From Cetorhinus maximus (lineage: Eukaryota): a DNA stretch of 64,000 nt. The stretch lies in the NCBI RefSeq assembly GCF_964194155.1, contig NC_135880.1, positions 118,606,001 to 118,670,000 of the forward strand, given 5' to 3'. The position numbers and the translations under genes are program-made. The notes below the pieces were generated by a model, which saw only the letters and a list, made by a program, of their open reading frames with translations, did not search any database and was not told the DNA's origin. Each line of letters starts with the position of its first letter. Position 1 is the stretch's first letter. Shown here piece after piece: positions 37,196 to 49,859 of this stretch.

Positions 37196-38630
37196 CTAGT
37201 TTTAGTCTCCCCGACATGAGGAAACATCCTCTGGGTATCCACCCTATCAAGTCCCCTCAGGATTTTATATGTTTCAATGCGATCACCCCTCATTCTTCTA
37301 AACTCCAATGGGTACAGGCCCAACCTGTTCAACCTTTCCTCATAAGATAACCCCTTCGCCCCAGGAATGAGTCTAGTGAACCTTCTCTGAACTGCTTTTA
37401 AAGCAATTATACCTTTATTTAAATAAGGAGACCAAAACTGAACACACTACTCCAGATGTGGTCTCATCAAGGCCCTGTACAGCTGTAGTAATACTTCCCT
37501 ACTTTTATATTCCATTCCTCTTGCAATAAACATCAACATTCCATTTGCTTTCCTAATCACTTGTGGTACCTGCATACTAACTTAATGTGATTCATGTACC
37601 AGGACACCCAGGTCCCTCTATACTACTGAGTTCTGCAATCTTTCTCAATTTAAATAGTATACTGCTTTTCTATTCTTCCTGCCAAAGTGAACAAGTTCAC
37701 AATTACACATGTTATACTCCATCTGCCAAATTTTTGCCCACTCACTTAAATTGTCTATATCCCTTTGCAGAATCTCTACCTCCTCTTCACAAATTACTTT
37801 CCTACTTATCTTGGTGTCATCGGCAAATTTAGCTCTAATACATTCCCTCCCTTTATTCAAGTCATTGATATAGATTGTAAATAGTTGAGGACCCAGCATT
37901 GATCCCTGTGGCACTCCACTAGTTACAGCTTGCCAATCCAAAAAAGACCCATTTCTCTCTACTTCCTGTTAGCCAACCAATACTTTATCCATGCTAATAT
38001 GTTAACCCCTACACCATGTGATTTTATCTTGTATAGTAATCTTTGATGTGGTACCTTATCAAATGCCTTTTGGAAATCCAAGTACACCACATCTATTGGT
38101 TCCCCTTTATCAACCTTGAATGTTACTTTGTCAAAAATCTCTAACAGATTTGTTAAACACCATTTCCCTTTCACAATGCCATATTAGCTCTACCTGATCA
38201 AAGTGTGATTATCTAAGTATCCTGCTATAACTTCCTTAATAATGGATTCTCGCACTTTCCCTATGACAGATGTTTGGCTAACTGGCCTATAATTTCCTGC
38301 TTTCTGCCTCCCTCCTTTCTTGAATAAAGGTGTTAAATTAGTTGTTTTCCGATCCGCTGGAACTTTTCCAGAATCTAAGGAATTTTGAAAGATTACAACC
38401 AATGCATCTGTTATCTGTGTCGCCACTTCTTTTAAGACTCTAGGATGCAGGCTATCCGGAGGACCAACAGTAGCTTTAGTTACACTTTTCTATTCAGATA
38501 CTTGTAGAAACTTTTACTGTCTGTTTTTATATCGCTAACTGGCTTTCTCTCATACTCTGCTGTCTGCCTCTTAATTATCTTTTTAGTCATTCATTGTTGG
38601 TTCTTAAAATCTGTCCAATCCTCTGACCTA
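37196..38630 (-). mobile_element. CR1 ORF2 fragment
   Basis: GNYRPVS, YLDFQKAFDKVPHQRLL, GVPQGSMLGPQLFTIYINDL, KFADDTK. Confidence 0.93.
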
Positions 38631-38694
38631 AGATCTAAGACCTCAATTCCCTGAGGTAAGAGAATTGCTCTCTAAAACCCTTGGCTGTCCTGCT

Positions 38695-39028
38695 TTTTTT
38701 TCTTTAATCTTTCATGGGATGTGGATGTCACTGCCCTTGAGCTGAGTGGCTTGCTAGGCCTTTCAGAGGCCAGTTAAAAGTCAACCACATTGCTATGGGT
38801 CTGGAGTCACATGTAGGTCAGATCAGGTAAGAATGGCAGATTTCCCTAAAGGACATTAGTGAACTAGATGGGTTTTTCCAACAATTGATGATAGTTGTCA
38901 TGGTCACTATTACTAAGACTAGCTTTCTATTCCACATTTATTCATTGAATTTGAACCCATGACCTCCAGAGCATTAGCCTGGCCCTGGGTCACTAGTCCA
39001 GTGACATTACCATTACACCACTGTCTCC
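38695..39028 (-). mobile_element. tRNA-derived SINE (same family as 30767)
   Basis: Reverse copy with poly-T at 38695 and head GGAGACAGTGGTGTAATGGTAATGTCACTGGACTAG. Confidence 0.85.
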
Positions 39029-40859
39029 ACCCAAGGCTGAGAGCCCTTCTTCCCTTCCTCGCTCTTCTAGCAGTTTGTCTTTCCCTAGGTGGTGTTGCTT
39101 CACTCTCCTCACTTCCCAGAGGAAGCCCTATCACCCACCCTTGTCTGGAAGCAACTTGTTTTAGTATAAGCTTTTAACAGAACAGGTAAGTATTTCAGCA
39201 CCAGCCAGAGCACTCACTACAGATTATTCAAACTTCCCTCAAATATAAGAAAGTTCCAAAAACATGTTCAATTTCACAAGCAGCCAGAAGGAATGTTCCA
39301 GCAATTAACACGCAAGTAACTCTTGATCCATTTAAATGATGCTTATTGGCGGGGGGAGGGTGGAATGGGTCCTTCATTCCATTGAACCCATGTTCAGCTA
39401 TTCAAAATTAACATAGGGTGTTGGCCAGAGTGTGCATTTGGAAAATGGCAGTCTGTGTGTGCCAAAACAATGTTGCACATTGATTTGCATCATGATCTGT
39501 CTGCTTTGCATATTGCCTGGTGTTTTGTTAGGTGCACATGGGCAAACTCCTTTACCAAGATGGTGTCCTGCAAACATTCCCTTGGAAGTATGGCATATCT
39601 CAAATCCCATTTTTGATCATTAGATGGTCAGGTAGTGCTTAATAAATGGCGGGGTGTGGAGTTCCAATTTTGCCTCCACTATGTGTCTTATGGTCAGGGA
39701 AAGTTAAAAAAAAGTATCTATTGATGGATCTGAGTTCAAAGAGTTGAAACTGTATATCATTCTGATTTAGTGAACTGTGAAATCTGCTACATTAGCTAAA
39801 TCTAAACATTCTCTTTCATGAGTTTTATTCAGGGTACTTAGCTTAAATATTTCAAGAACTGGTTGGTTTCTAAAAATTTCTCAACATAACTTTTAAAATA
39901 TATATCCATAATAATTTTATGGGGATCTCAGCTGTTAAGTCCATTGTGGGTGAGATGGAAAACAGCTTCCACTTTTGTTCTGCAGACCACCAACTCAGCG
40001 ACCAGAATAAGCAAAATCAAAGCACACATTCAGATTCAATTTTTCCACTATTTCCATGTTTGTAAGCTTTCTCCTGCAGACTGTAGCGGTCATCAGGTGG
40101 CTGAAATAATTATTACAAAAACAGAAATAAAAATGAGGGGATGGGTGGTGCACTGTGCAAGAAAACTGTCCTTTCATACTTGACTGACATTTTTATAGTT
40201 TAAATAGAAACAAATTAAGATTTTTCACTGATGGTTGTATGAACTGTAAACTAGTGGTCATATGGTCTGAAGGCAAATCTGATTCACCAGTATTGTTGGA
40301 TCAATATTCCAAGAACCTCAGATTTGTAATGCATTGGCTGACTGACAATTCGACCCTGCTTTACATAGGTCATTTCTTCATTAATTTGGCACAAGTATAC
40401 ACTGGCTCTGTTTACACAGTACATTCTATCACTGCAGCTTTTACTTTGTATCCTTCTTTATTAGAATGTTTCAGCTGCGGTTTTGTCTTGTGGGCAACCA
40501 CTTCCACCACAGTACAATTATTCCAGGTTTGATCTCTACTCAGAGGAAATGCTTACCAAGAACATTTAATTTGTTCATTATTTAAACAAAAAGTGCTATC
40601 TGTTGGTATACTAAACAAAATGTATTCTGTCTGCTGAACTGATAGTAATAATGGCCATTAGTAGATGGGCAGTTTGAGGTGACTTGGTATTATTTACCTT
40701 GGTCTCCTTGGCATCTCTCCCTGCTAGAATAATTTGAAATTAGGAATTTACCAGATAGGAAAAGGCAGGCATGAATCTGTGTAGTAGCACTCTTGGAGGT
40801 GACAAAAGCATGTCTTACTACGGGGTCAGGAACCCAGTTTGGAGTTGAATAGGACATAG

Positions 40860-41900
40860 TGAGTGTGAACAGTCTGCATCAACCTGGGTCAGTGGTTAAT
40901 GAGAGGATTGGAGTAGGTGTCAAGGGTATGAAATTAGTGGTGCAGACTGAGAGCAATGGCCTTCAATATTCAGTGATCAACTGGAGTATTTCACAGCTTA
41001 ACCAAGACTGGTTTTGGAGCAGTCACCTGACAGTTACAGGGACAGCAAAATTGTTGGGGAGGTAGAGCCGAGTGTATTATTGCACACGTGGAAGCTGACT
41101 GCACATCTATCAATAATATTGGCAAGGGGCAGAATATAGGTGGGGAAGAGGAGGGGGCTAAGAATGAATCCTTCATGAGGGAGCAAAGAGACGCCATTGG
41201 TACAAATTCTCTGGTTATGATTACAACTGCAGAGTGGAGCTAAGAAAGTCAGTTTTACTGAGATGGACACTGGAGGAGAGCTCTTGGAGGAGCTTAAAAC
41301 AGTTGATTGTGTGAAAGTTTGCAGGGAGGATGGAAGACAATGGGGCTGGTGGCAGAAGTTAAGGTACTATGGTCACAATCGCACAGAATGTAATTCATGC
41401 CTTTGATATAAAGGCTGTTTGGAAGATTCGGTGGGGTGTGGAGGTGGGGTGGAATGGTGGCAGATGGGTGTGTGCAAAAACCTCATTAGAGAGACAAACA
41501 TGGAATTACAAGGGAAAGGGTGCAACTCTGATGATGACAGCACAGAAAGGACTTCAGTGAGGACAGGGGTTGTTGGAGGTGGGGCAGTCGTTTGTAATAA
41601 CGGGGTGGGGGTGGTAGATGGTGAGTTTCTTGAGGGGGGGGGTGATATAGCTGTTTTGAATTAAAGGAGGTTAGTGTCTCAGGAGAGGGAACCAGATTTC
41701 ATGAAGGGAAGTCAGTCATCAGCAATTTAGTGAGAATACGGTTAAGGAAACAAAAGATGTGCTTCATGGTCAAAATCAGCTAGATGAGTGGAGGTTCAGA
41801 ACTTGAGTAGGGGTCCTGGTTGGGAGGCCTGGTGAGCAATGGAAAGTAATGAAGCAATGAAGAAAGCTGAGTGACTCGTTTCCTTCTATTTTACAAGGAA
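40860..41900 (-). mobile_element. Old L2-type LINE fragment
   Basis: Reverse strand has remnants of GF.LSPLLF..YILPL.NII and AFISKA..HS (DLSAAFD-like), heavily decayed. Confidence 0.5.
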
Positions 41901-42347
41901 GCCCATTAGCTGTTTGTACTTCTTGTTATAGGTGACGGTGAAAAAGCAGGGAAATGGGGTTTAATTAATAGTGAACAAAAGATGTTAGTAAAGGTTTGTC
42001 TGGCGAGTAGGGCATCAAAATTGGAAGTCAGAGAGTAGTCAAGCATGTCAACGGCTGCAGGCATATGTTGCCAAAGGATTGGCAGTTGGGAGCTTGTAAG
42101 TTCTTTGTAGAAGAGTTGTCTTTGGGGAGGATGCAGTAAGAGGTGTTTGGAATGCAGTAGAGGAGTGTGGGTGATGAGGTGTACAAGGTACAAGTCTTGT
42201 CAGTGTTGTAATATTTTTTACAAGCTCCCACCTCAGCCAACCATGTCATTGTATGTGTTCTTCCTACTGTGGTGGGATGGTAGGTCATTGATGAGATCCT
42301 ACAGAGTTGTATGTTTAAACATTAACTCTTCATTGGTAGTCTTTAAC

Positions 42348-42674
42348 TTTTTTTTAATTCGTTCATGGGATGTGGGTATCACTAGCTAGGCCAGCATTTA
42401 TTGCTCATCCCTAATTGTGTTTACGAGTCAACCACATCGCTGTGGGTCAGGAGTGACATGTAGGCCAGACAAGGTAAGGACAGCAGATTTCCTAAAGGAC
42501 ATTCGTGAACCAGATGGGTTTTTACGACAATCGGCAATGGTTTCATGGTCATCATTAGATTTATAATTCCAGATTTTTATTGATTTCAACTTTTACCATC
42601 TGCCGTGGTGAGATTCCCACAGCATTACCTTGGGTCTCTGGAATACTAGTCCAATGACAATACCATTGCCTCCC
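42348..42674 (-). mobile_element. tRNA-derived SINE (same family) with complete LINE-A tail
   Basis: Reverse: head, then ATGTGGTTGACTC, then CAATTAGGGATGAGCAATAAATGCTGGCC..CACATCCCATGAACGAAT and poly-A. Confidence 0.85.
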
Positions 42675-43282
42675 CTAACTATTTATGGTTCCAAGGTTAC
42701 TATCTTGCTTGGAGCTGTTACTGCCATGCAGGTAGGCTGCTTACAGAGTGCTGCTCTAGAGACTTCTGTGAGAGTATACCAATGTGACTCTATACAACAT
42801 ATCGTGGGCGGTGCAATTCTCCAGTCCCACGTTAACCCTTGCTCTGCCGAGCACCTTTACATTACAATGCATAAAGACACACATAATAATCAGTGAGAAC
42901 AGTGGAGCAGAGAAGCCATGGGAAAGTCTATATGGAGGATGTTTCGGAAACAGGACCGTTAATTCAGAGGAAGAGGACCAAGGAGCTGGGAGAATGATTG
43001 AAATAACAGGTTAAGGAACTTGGATGGGGCTGCATGGTGACAGGCATTGTGGATTGTAAAAGAGAGGCAAAAGAAATAAAACAGCATGAGGTGCTCAAAA
43101 GAGAAGGCAACAGGAGAATAGAGGGAGAGGCCAAGTATGATTTGGTGTTAAGGGTCACAGCGCTACTCTGGCATTTTGAGTGAGATGGGTGATGGAAACA
43201 TAGTATGTGGGAACAGTTCAATAAGAGGCAAGGCAATGGCACCCCTTAGCTAAATTTCAGTCAAAGCTGGATACCAATACAA

Positions 43283-43650
43283 TCAACAACAACTTACATT
43301 TATATAGCGCATTTAAAGCAGACAAACTGCTAAAGCATTTCACAGAGGTGTAAACAAACAAAGGTTACCAAGACGACTGGCAAAAAATTGGTGGAAGAGG
43401 TCGATTTTCAGTAGGGTGTTTAAGAAGGTGGAGAGGTGGTGGGTGGGGCGAATTTGACAGCGTGGAACTGAAATCGTTGAAGGGATTTCCAATAATGGAG
43501 CAAAGGGATGGCGGATGCACAAGAGGCGAGAGTTCAAAGAACAGAGAGTTTGAGGAGAGTTGTTGGACAGAGCAGGCTAAAGGGATAGGAGAGCAGGCAA
43601 TGAAGAAATTTAAACATGACGAAGAGAAGAGGAAACTAACATCATGAACA
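43283..43650 (-). mobile_element. L2-type LINE 3' tail fragment
   Basis: (AAC)n-TTACATTTATATAGCGC, the reverse of the L2 tail seen at 10760-10781. Confidence 0.6.
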
Positions 43651-44437
43651 TCATGGCTGATTTGGAGTCAATGACTGAAGAGGAAGAACTTAATCAGTGG
43701 CCAGGGATTGGAGTTTGAGGCTTAGGCTGAAGACAATGGTTCTGTCCTCCTAATCAAAGATCATGGGTGGCAAGGACATTGTTCACAAATAAATATTCTG
43801 GGGAGAAATATGGAAAGGAGCAGTGATCCTTGAGGAGCAAAGTACAACCTAAACATCCTGTCCTGGATTTTCCGTTAGATTACGCTCAGATTGAATTAAT
43901 CACCAATTGTGAGTTTTCAGTAACTGCATGCGTTTGAAGGCCTTCATGAAGGTATCTGAAATTAAGCCATTTTTAGATGCAAGGACACTCATATGCATCT
44001 TTTAAAACACATTAAACATTTTCTTTTAATTTGCTAAGAAACTGATTAGTACGTCAATGTAAACAGAACATTTTTGCATTTTTTAAGCCATTTTCAATTA
44101 TTTGAAATTGGATTAATCATTGGTGGTAGACTAGACATGCTGATTAAAAATGCTTATATTTTAAAATGATGAACCCATTTTCAATTGTGTTAAGTAAGCT
44201 ACATCAGGTTATCACTGGGGTTATCACTGTTGAATATGTCAAGGAATATTTTTTAAAGCAAAATTTAAAAAAATAAAAGTTACACTCTAAATCGCTGGAA
44301 GATTTTACGTTCGGCAATAAGCTTGATTACAGACTTAAGCAAAAAACACTCCCCTGGAAACTCATTGAAACTCTCAGTCCCTAAATTGAAGTGAACAAAT
44401 ATCATGATGATCATTCCAGAGTTCGGTGTAATTTTAT

Positions 44438-44830
44438 GGGCTGAATTTTCCCCCTGTCGGGGGGGGAGGTTGATGGGCGGGCGTGCTTCCGACTGGCGCC
44501 CCAGATCGGAGGTGTGCCGCCATTTTATGTGTTGGCCCGCCTAGCGTGATGTCTGCATGGAAGCGCTATGTGCTCCCTGTGCGGGCGGGGGGGGGGGTGT
44601 GAATCCCAAAATCGAGAGCGCGCTCTTTCCCACATGCGCACGAAAGAATGGCACAAAATTGGCCATTGACAGGTTGGCGGGTGCGCAGCTGATTTTGCTG
44701 CGCTCCCACCTTCCTGAAAATTTAAATGGGGCGTGGTGACGTCGGGTGTTCCCCTCGACGTCACTGTGCATCATTTTACGTGTTGGCGAGCAGGCCCCGC
44801 CCCCGTTTGCCAAATCGTAAAATTCTGCCC
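44438..44830. mobile_element. Harbinger MITE with TAT TSD
   Basis: TIRs GGGCTGAATTTT and AAAATTCTGCCC, TAT on both sides. The left part resembles the ends at 35251 and 60316. Confidence 0.88.
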
Positions 44831-46929
44831 TATGAGTCTGTGCCACCGGCAGGACCCCTTGTCCATTTGGGGCACAAACTCAGGAAATTACTCCTATTTT
44901 GTTTATTCTATGGTCAACCCATAATCAATCAAATCCATAATTTCGACTTAACCCCTTCTGCTCAACAAGAATGGGGCTTTAAATTGATTGCAGTACCTGC
45001 TCAATTGGTCTCATTGGTCTTGCTTGTACACCATTTTATCAGGCAGGTTCTGGCCAGCAGTGAGGTCCCCATGCCATGCAGTTAATGGCATTTTAGGGAC
45101 TGGTGATGCCATTCTGACCCAAACTATATATTAACCCTCAGCAGCCCTATACAGACCCTGCCAGGTGCATTAGACACATATGAGCAGCAAGCCCATAAGT
45201 AATTTTTGTTCAAATGGTTTCCTGTGGGCCTTGGGGGGCATGTGAGCTGTGCTGAGTGTTGCAGGGTAACCTAAGTTTCCCGGCTGCCCTCGATAGTGAT
45301 CATCTATTCTCAGCACTACCATCCTCACCACATTCCTCCACACACAAACTTATCTGATTGCTGGAAACCATTTCTGCAGGACCCTGGCATTCCTGGCAGT
45401 CTAGAAACCAGCCCAGCAACCTGAAGTTCTTAACGTCGGGATAAGGTGGCAGTCTGGTTAGTTAATTTAAAAACGTTCCATGAGTTAAAATAGCCTGGGC
45501 TTTGGGTGAGCCTTACACTCGCTACGTCAATGCCATGTTTGTGCCCAGAATGAAAATCAAGGATTAGGTCTATCTCATGACGTAAGTATAGATACACACC
45601 TTGTAGCCGGTCTTCCAACCAGCCACTGGTGGTGAATTTCCTTGGGGCTTCTCTCACTCCCTGTCATAAATATGGTGAAACCTTGCTTATGCTCGTAAAC
45701 GGTGTCTGCTGAACTTGTGCTGAAGTTACAGCCGTGGAGCAGCGTGACACTCAGAAAATTCACTCCCATTATTTTCTCAGTCAATTCTATGTATCCAAAA
45801 TTAAATGTGTATGTTTTACAAGTGAAGGGGAGTTCCAAGTATCATTTGTCTTGTCTGATAGAAGCCAACCACAGCTCACCATAGATAGAAATATCCTTCA
45901 GGTATATTTCACAGTTTCAGAAATTGTTTTCTGTAAATTTCTAATGTTAAATATAGAGAAATATATGGAGACATAACAATATTTAGAGGCTCATAACATA
46001 CTCAGGGAAGAAAATAAAACCCTCTCCATTTTGGAAAGAAAGTGCTTCTGCCGTTGAATCAAAATAAAATCATGGACTCCTAATTTGACAATGAGATTTA
46101 ATTTTGTTTTTAATCCTATAATGCACGTGTCTTTTGTTTTCATCTTCAACAGGAATTGTCATTATTTCTGTCCCAATATGTCACAAGGAAAGAATCTTTC
46201 AGATCATCTGGCCTGTGTTTCTGATGTCGGTTAACAGCCTTGAGGCATTTTTATGCCAAACTAAATACTTAAAACAGATAGATTTCAGTCTTCTCTGCCT
46301 GGGTGGTCACCTGAGAGACTAGGTGGTGTGGTCATTTTAGCCCCCGTCTGATCTTCATCCAATTCGTTTCTACAACAGGCAAGTGATTCCCTTTGCCAGA
46401 TTACTGCCCAATCAGTGAACACCCAATTTAATCCAAATATTTGTAACTCCAGGCTGGTCTAAAGGACTGTTATCTCTGGGCTGTTGAGTCAGTAAGCAAA
46501 CTAACTATGACAGAACTGACCAGGAATTAAAGGAGCTATGCATTCATTTGTTACTGTTGAAGTTGTTGATTTTGCAATTGCACTATTGATACTATGTCAA
46601 TATTTTAAAAAGGTAAAAAGTAGAATCAAGGTTCACAATCATATTTGTCCCTCTAGCTGGCTGGAGGGAAGAACCAGCTGCAATAAAAAGTTCTTAGAAA
46701 TTATTATTTTACTCAGTTATCCTTAATAATAATTAAATAATAATTAAATTAATAACAATTGAAAACAATTTAAGTCTGTGCCCTCGTTATAAATTTACTT
46801 AAAGTATATAATCTATTAACATTAAGTAATAGATAAGCTAAAAGAGAAATATGTAAGTAGAACAGATGAAATGTATTGTGTTTTCCAAATTTGATCCAGT
46901 TAGGTTGCCTTTTTCTTATTTCTATAAGA

Positions 46930-47135
46930 AAAGCCACTCACCATCCTGACTTGGAAATATATCGCTGTTCCTTCACTGTCGCTGGGTCAAAATCCTGGAA
47001 CTCCCTCCCTAACAGCACTGTGGGCGTACCTACAACACAGGGACTGCAGCGGTTCGAGAAGGCAGCTCACCACCACCTTCTCAAGGGCAACTAGGGATGG
47101 ACAATAAATGCTGGCCCAGCCAGTGACACCCACAC
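46930..47135 (+). mobile_element. Family A LINE 3' tail
   Basis: HHPDLEIYRCSFTVAGSKSWNSLPNS...HHHLLKGN, matching 3640-3830. Confidence 0.9.
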
Positions 47136-47294
47136 TTTTTATTAAACTTTTCATATTGTTAATTATAAGGCAGTCTCAAGTTCAGGCACTTTTTGTTAAC
47201 TTCATACATGCCCTAAATCATAGTTTCTGACTAATATTATCTTGCATGTGTCACTTTCATAATAAAATGTTTTTAAAAAAGTTGATTTCCCAAC

Positions 47295-47448
47295 CTCCAC
47301 CACACATGGCACCGCAATCCTCCCAACCAGAGTGAGTCCACATGAAAAGTGGCACATTGGCCTTTGTACTGTGGTTTCCTGGACCTGGCTCGATTGGAAT
47401 TGTGTACTCATAGTGAATGCCGTAATTCTGGTCATTAAAGAGGAGCAC
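47295..47448 (-). CDS. ADAMTS19: Internal coding exon of an ADAMTS metalloprotease (end of spacer domain and start of TSP type-1 repeat), ADAMTS19-like
   Basis: Minus strand: pyrimidine-rich acceptor ttttaatctgcag|GTG, 154 nt encoding [51 protein letters not shown] plus 1 nt, then donor GAG|gttggg (phase 0 to phase 1). From memory it resembles human ADAMTS19 (VLLFQDQNYGLHYEYTIP...PLFMWTHTSWEDCDATCGGG) more than ADAMTS17. Confidence 0.88.
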
Positions 47449-49229
47449 CTGCAGATTAAAAACAAAGGCAAAGTCAAATAAATACCAAGGGATCAAATAC
47501 ACTATAATATATAAACTTGGAGTTAATTAAATTGCCTACACACAATGAGGCTTCTGGCAATATAGCTTAGAAATTAAATAAACATGTTAAAAATAAACAG
47601 CAATGTCTGGATTGAAAGATGGCATTTTTTATTTTCCAATTTTCTCCTCTTTTCTCTTTTTGAAAGCAAAGAGTAATATTGAAATATTGCTGTAGAAGAA
47701 CTGGCAACTACGCAATACCTCACCCATGTGGCCATTCTTCAGGACATGTAAGTCACTGGAGCACAAGAGGCATCACAGCCAAGCCAAATTCTATCATCAT
47801 GAGTTGACAAACATACATTTCCTATCCAGTGCCCAAGCAAGAGTGACAAAGGGGGCAAGAATATTGGAGCTACCAAATTGGGCTTTGTAAGAGAAATAAT
47901 ACAGTTGGTAAAACCACAAAGAGCTCCTATGAAAATGCATAAACATCAAAAAGTAAAAAATAATTAGCTTTATTTAACAGATTATTTATAAGCAGTGACC
48001 TCAATTTGAGCCAGGATTGCTGAGGAATAGAGATATGGCTAGATGGGAAAGGACCCCGGTCCATCGAGGTTGCCTTTTACCATTTTGATGGTCATAAGAT
48101 ACAATGAGAATGGAGTTGTTGACTAACCATAGCAATCAATCTCTATCAATTAGTCTACAAGCGGCCCAGACATGAGGGGAGAAAAACCCCAGTGGGGGAA
48201 GGCTTTGGGTACTACAGGTTTAAAATCACATGTTGCTCCAAAGTATGCTACACTTAGCACACATCTTGTCCCAAATTACTGGACCGAATTATTACATTCA
48301 GAAAGAAATCTACCTAATTTGCATTTGAATTGAACAGATATTACTATCTGCTTTCATCATTTTCTGGGGGAGCCTGAGATTAACCACTCACTCACCAAAT
48401 TCATGCAATCACAAATATAATCCTTAAGTTTGAACTAGCACTTTGATTGCTATAAATTACTCACATAATACTCATACCTATGCTGAAAAAAAACTTTTAC
48501 ATTTAACTAAAATAATTATTAAGAATATGTAACCTTTTTAAAATTAAAAAATAATTAACAACATGGAAACCTCAAAGGTAGTGGAGAGAGAGGGTGAGAG
48601 AGAGAGAAGCTAGACAGAAAGATTTTCATCCCTTCTACCTAAGCATTTCAACTCAGGTCTAGGGGTGAACGTTTTTGGGTCTAAACTTAAATTAGTTGCA
48701 ACTAAATAATGGGCCTCGAACATGACAAAACAATAATTAATTTAGCAGTACAGAGCTCTGTGCCTGATCTACATGCGCATTCAGGCACTGGCCACATGAA
48801 ATGAACACAGGCCTTATTTCAATACTTGAATGAGGTTTCTGTGCTCATTTCCAACCTGCTTTGGTAAATTTGTTTAGGTGGCGTTTGTAATGCAAAGTTC
48901 AATTGGTATTGGTCTATACATTTAACCTAACCCTACAGGGACCGCTGAAGATTGTTCAAAAAGACCCCAAAAACATGAATTTTTTTTGGTGCTCCAAGGA
49001 GCAGGCCTATACTTTCCCTTTTCTGTGGGGGCCTTGGGAGTGGCATCTAATGTTGGTAAGGTCCCAACAGACCAGATGTATTGGGGCACCTGCATGGCAT
49101 CCATAGCTTGCCTGAACCAACATGACGAAACCTCAGGGTGATCTCAGGTTTTTCCATTCATTGGTAGTTGAGGGAGAGGGGAAGGTTAAGAAATTTAGAC
49201 CCTTATATGTTGAACCTAATGTTCTACAT

Positions 49230-49785
49230 GGTGCTGGATTTAACAGTGTGCCGGAGTCCCTTGCCCCCCACCCTGGCTAAAAAGTGAGCCATTAATTGGC
49301 CATTAATTGAGTTCAGGTGGGGCTTCCGCTAGTCAGGGACAGGTAGTCCTGCCTCAGAGAGCTGCCAGCCAATCAGAGGCTGGCAGCTCTTCAGTTCAGT
49401 CAGCACCATTGGGAGCAGTATCAGTGACAGTACTGCAGCAAGATCAAGAGGAGTTGTGCGGTGCTGGATCCTGCCCAGCAGGTGAGTCTTGGGGTCTATG
49501 GTCTCATGGTCCCAAGCTACCAGGCCCTGACAAGGGTGGTAGGGGAGCCTGGCTGGGAGGGGGGGGGGGGGGGGGGGTGGGGTGGGTTTATACCTTGGGT
49601 GGGGCTCCGATTGACCCTGGGGAGCCGGTGAAGGAGGGACGACCACCAGACCGTGACTAGCCCAAATAGGGAAATCTGCCAGGATGGGCGATTGGCGTGG
49701 GGCTCTCCCACCACCACTTAAATCCCATTGGCCCACTGATGAGTGGGTTTTCCGAAAATATGCCTGGCAGGAGGCCGTAAAATCC
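49230..49785. mobile_element. Harbinger-type MITE, decayed
   Basis: GTGCTGGATTTAAC left end and GTAAAATCC remnant on the right. Internal GAGCTGCCAGCCAATCAGA motif is shared with 17339-18072. Confidence 0.55.
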
Positions 49786-49859
49786 TTAGAAGTTTGTCTG
49801 GAAATGGGGCCATTTAAATGGTTGGTGGCTACCATGGCAACGGTAGCATCTAAATTTCT

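Noticed and set aside
40284-40550. Stop-free, Cys-containing minus-strand frame of about 88 codons, considered as an ADAMTS exon
   Set aside because: It has no WxxC/CSxTCG TSP1 pattern, no likeness to the expected next exon, and no clear splice sites.
46300-46510. Possible ancient SINE or conserved element near the exon
   Set aside because: The resemblance is too faint to name a family or set boundaries by eye.
46727-46770. AT-only (TAA/AATT) stretch
   Set aside because: Ordinary low-complexity sequence.
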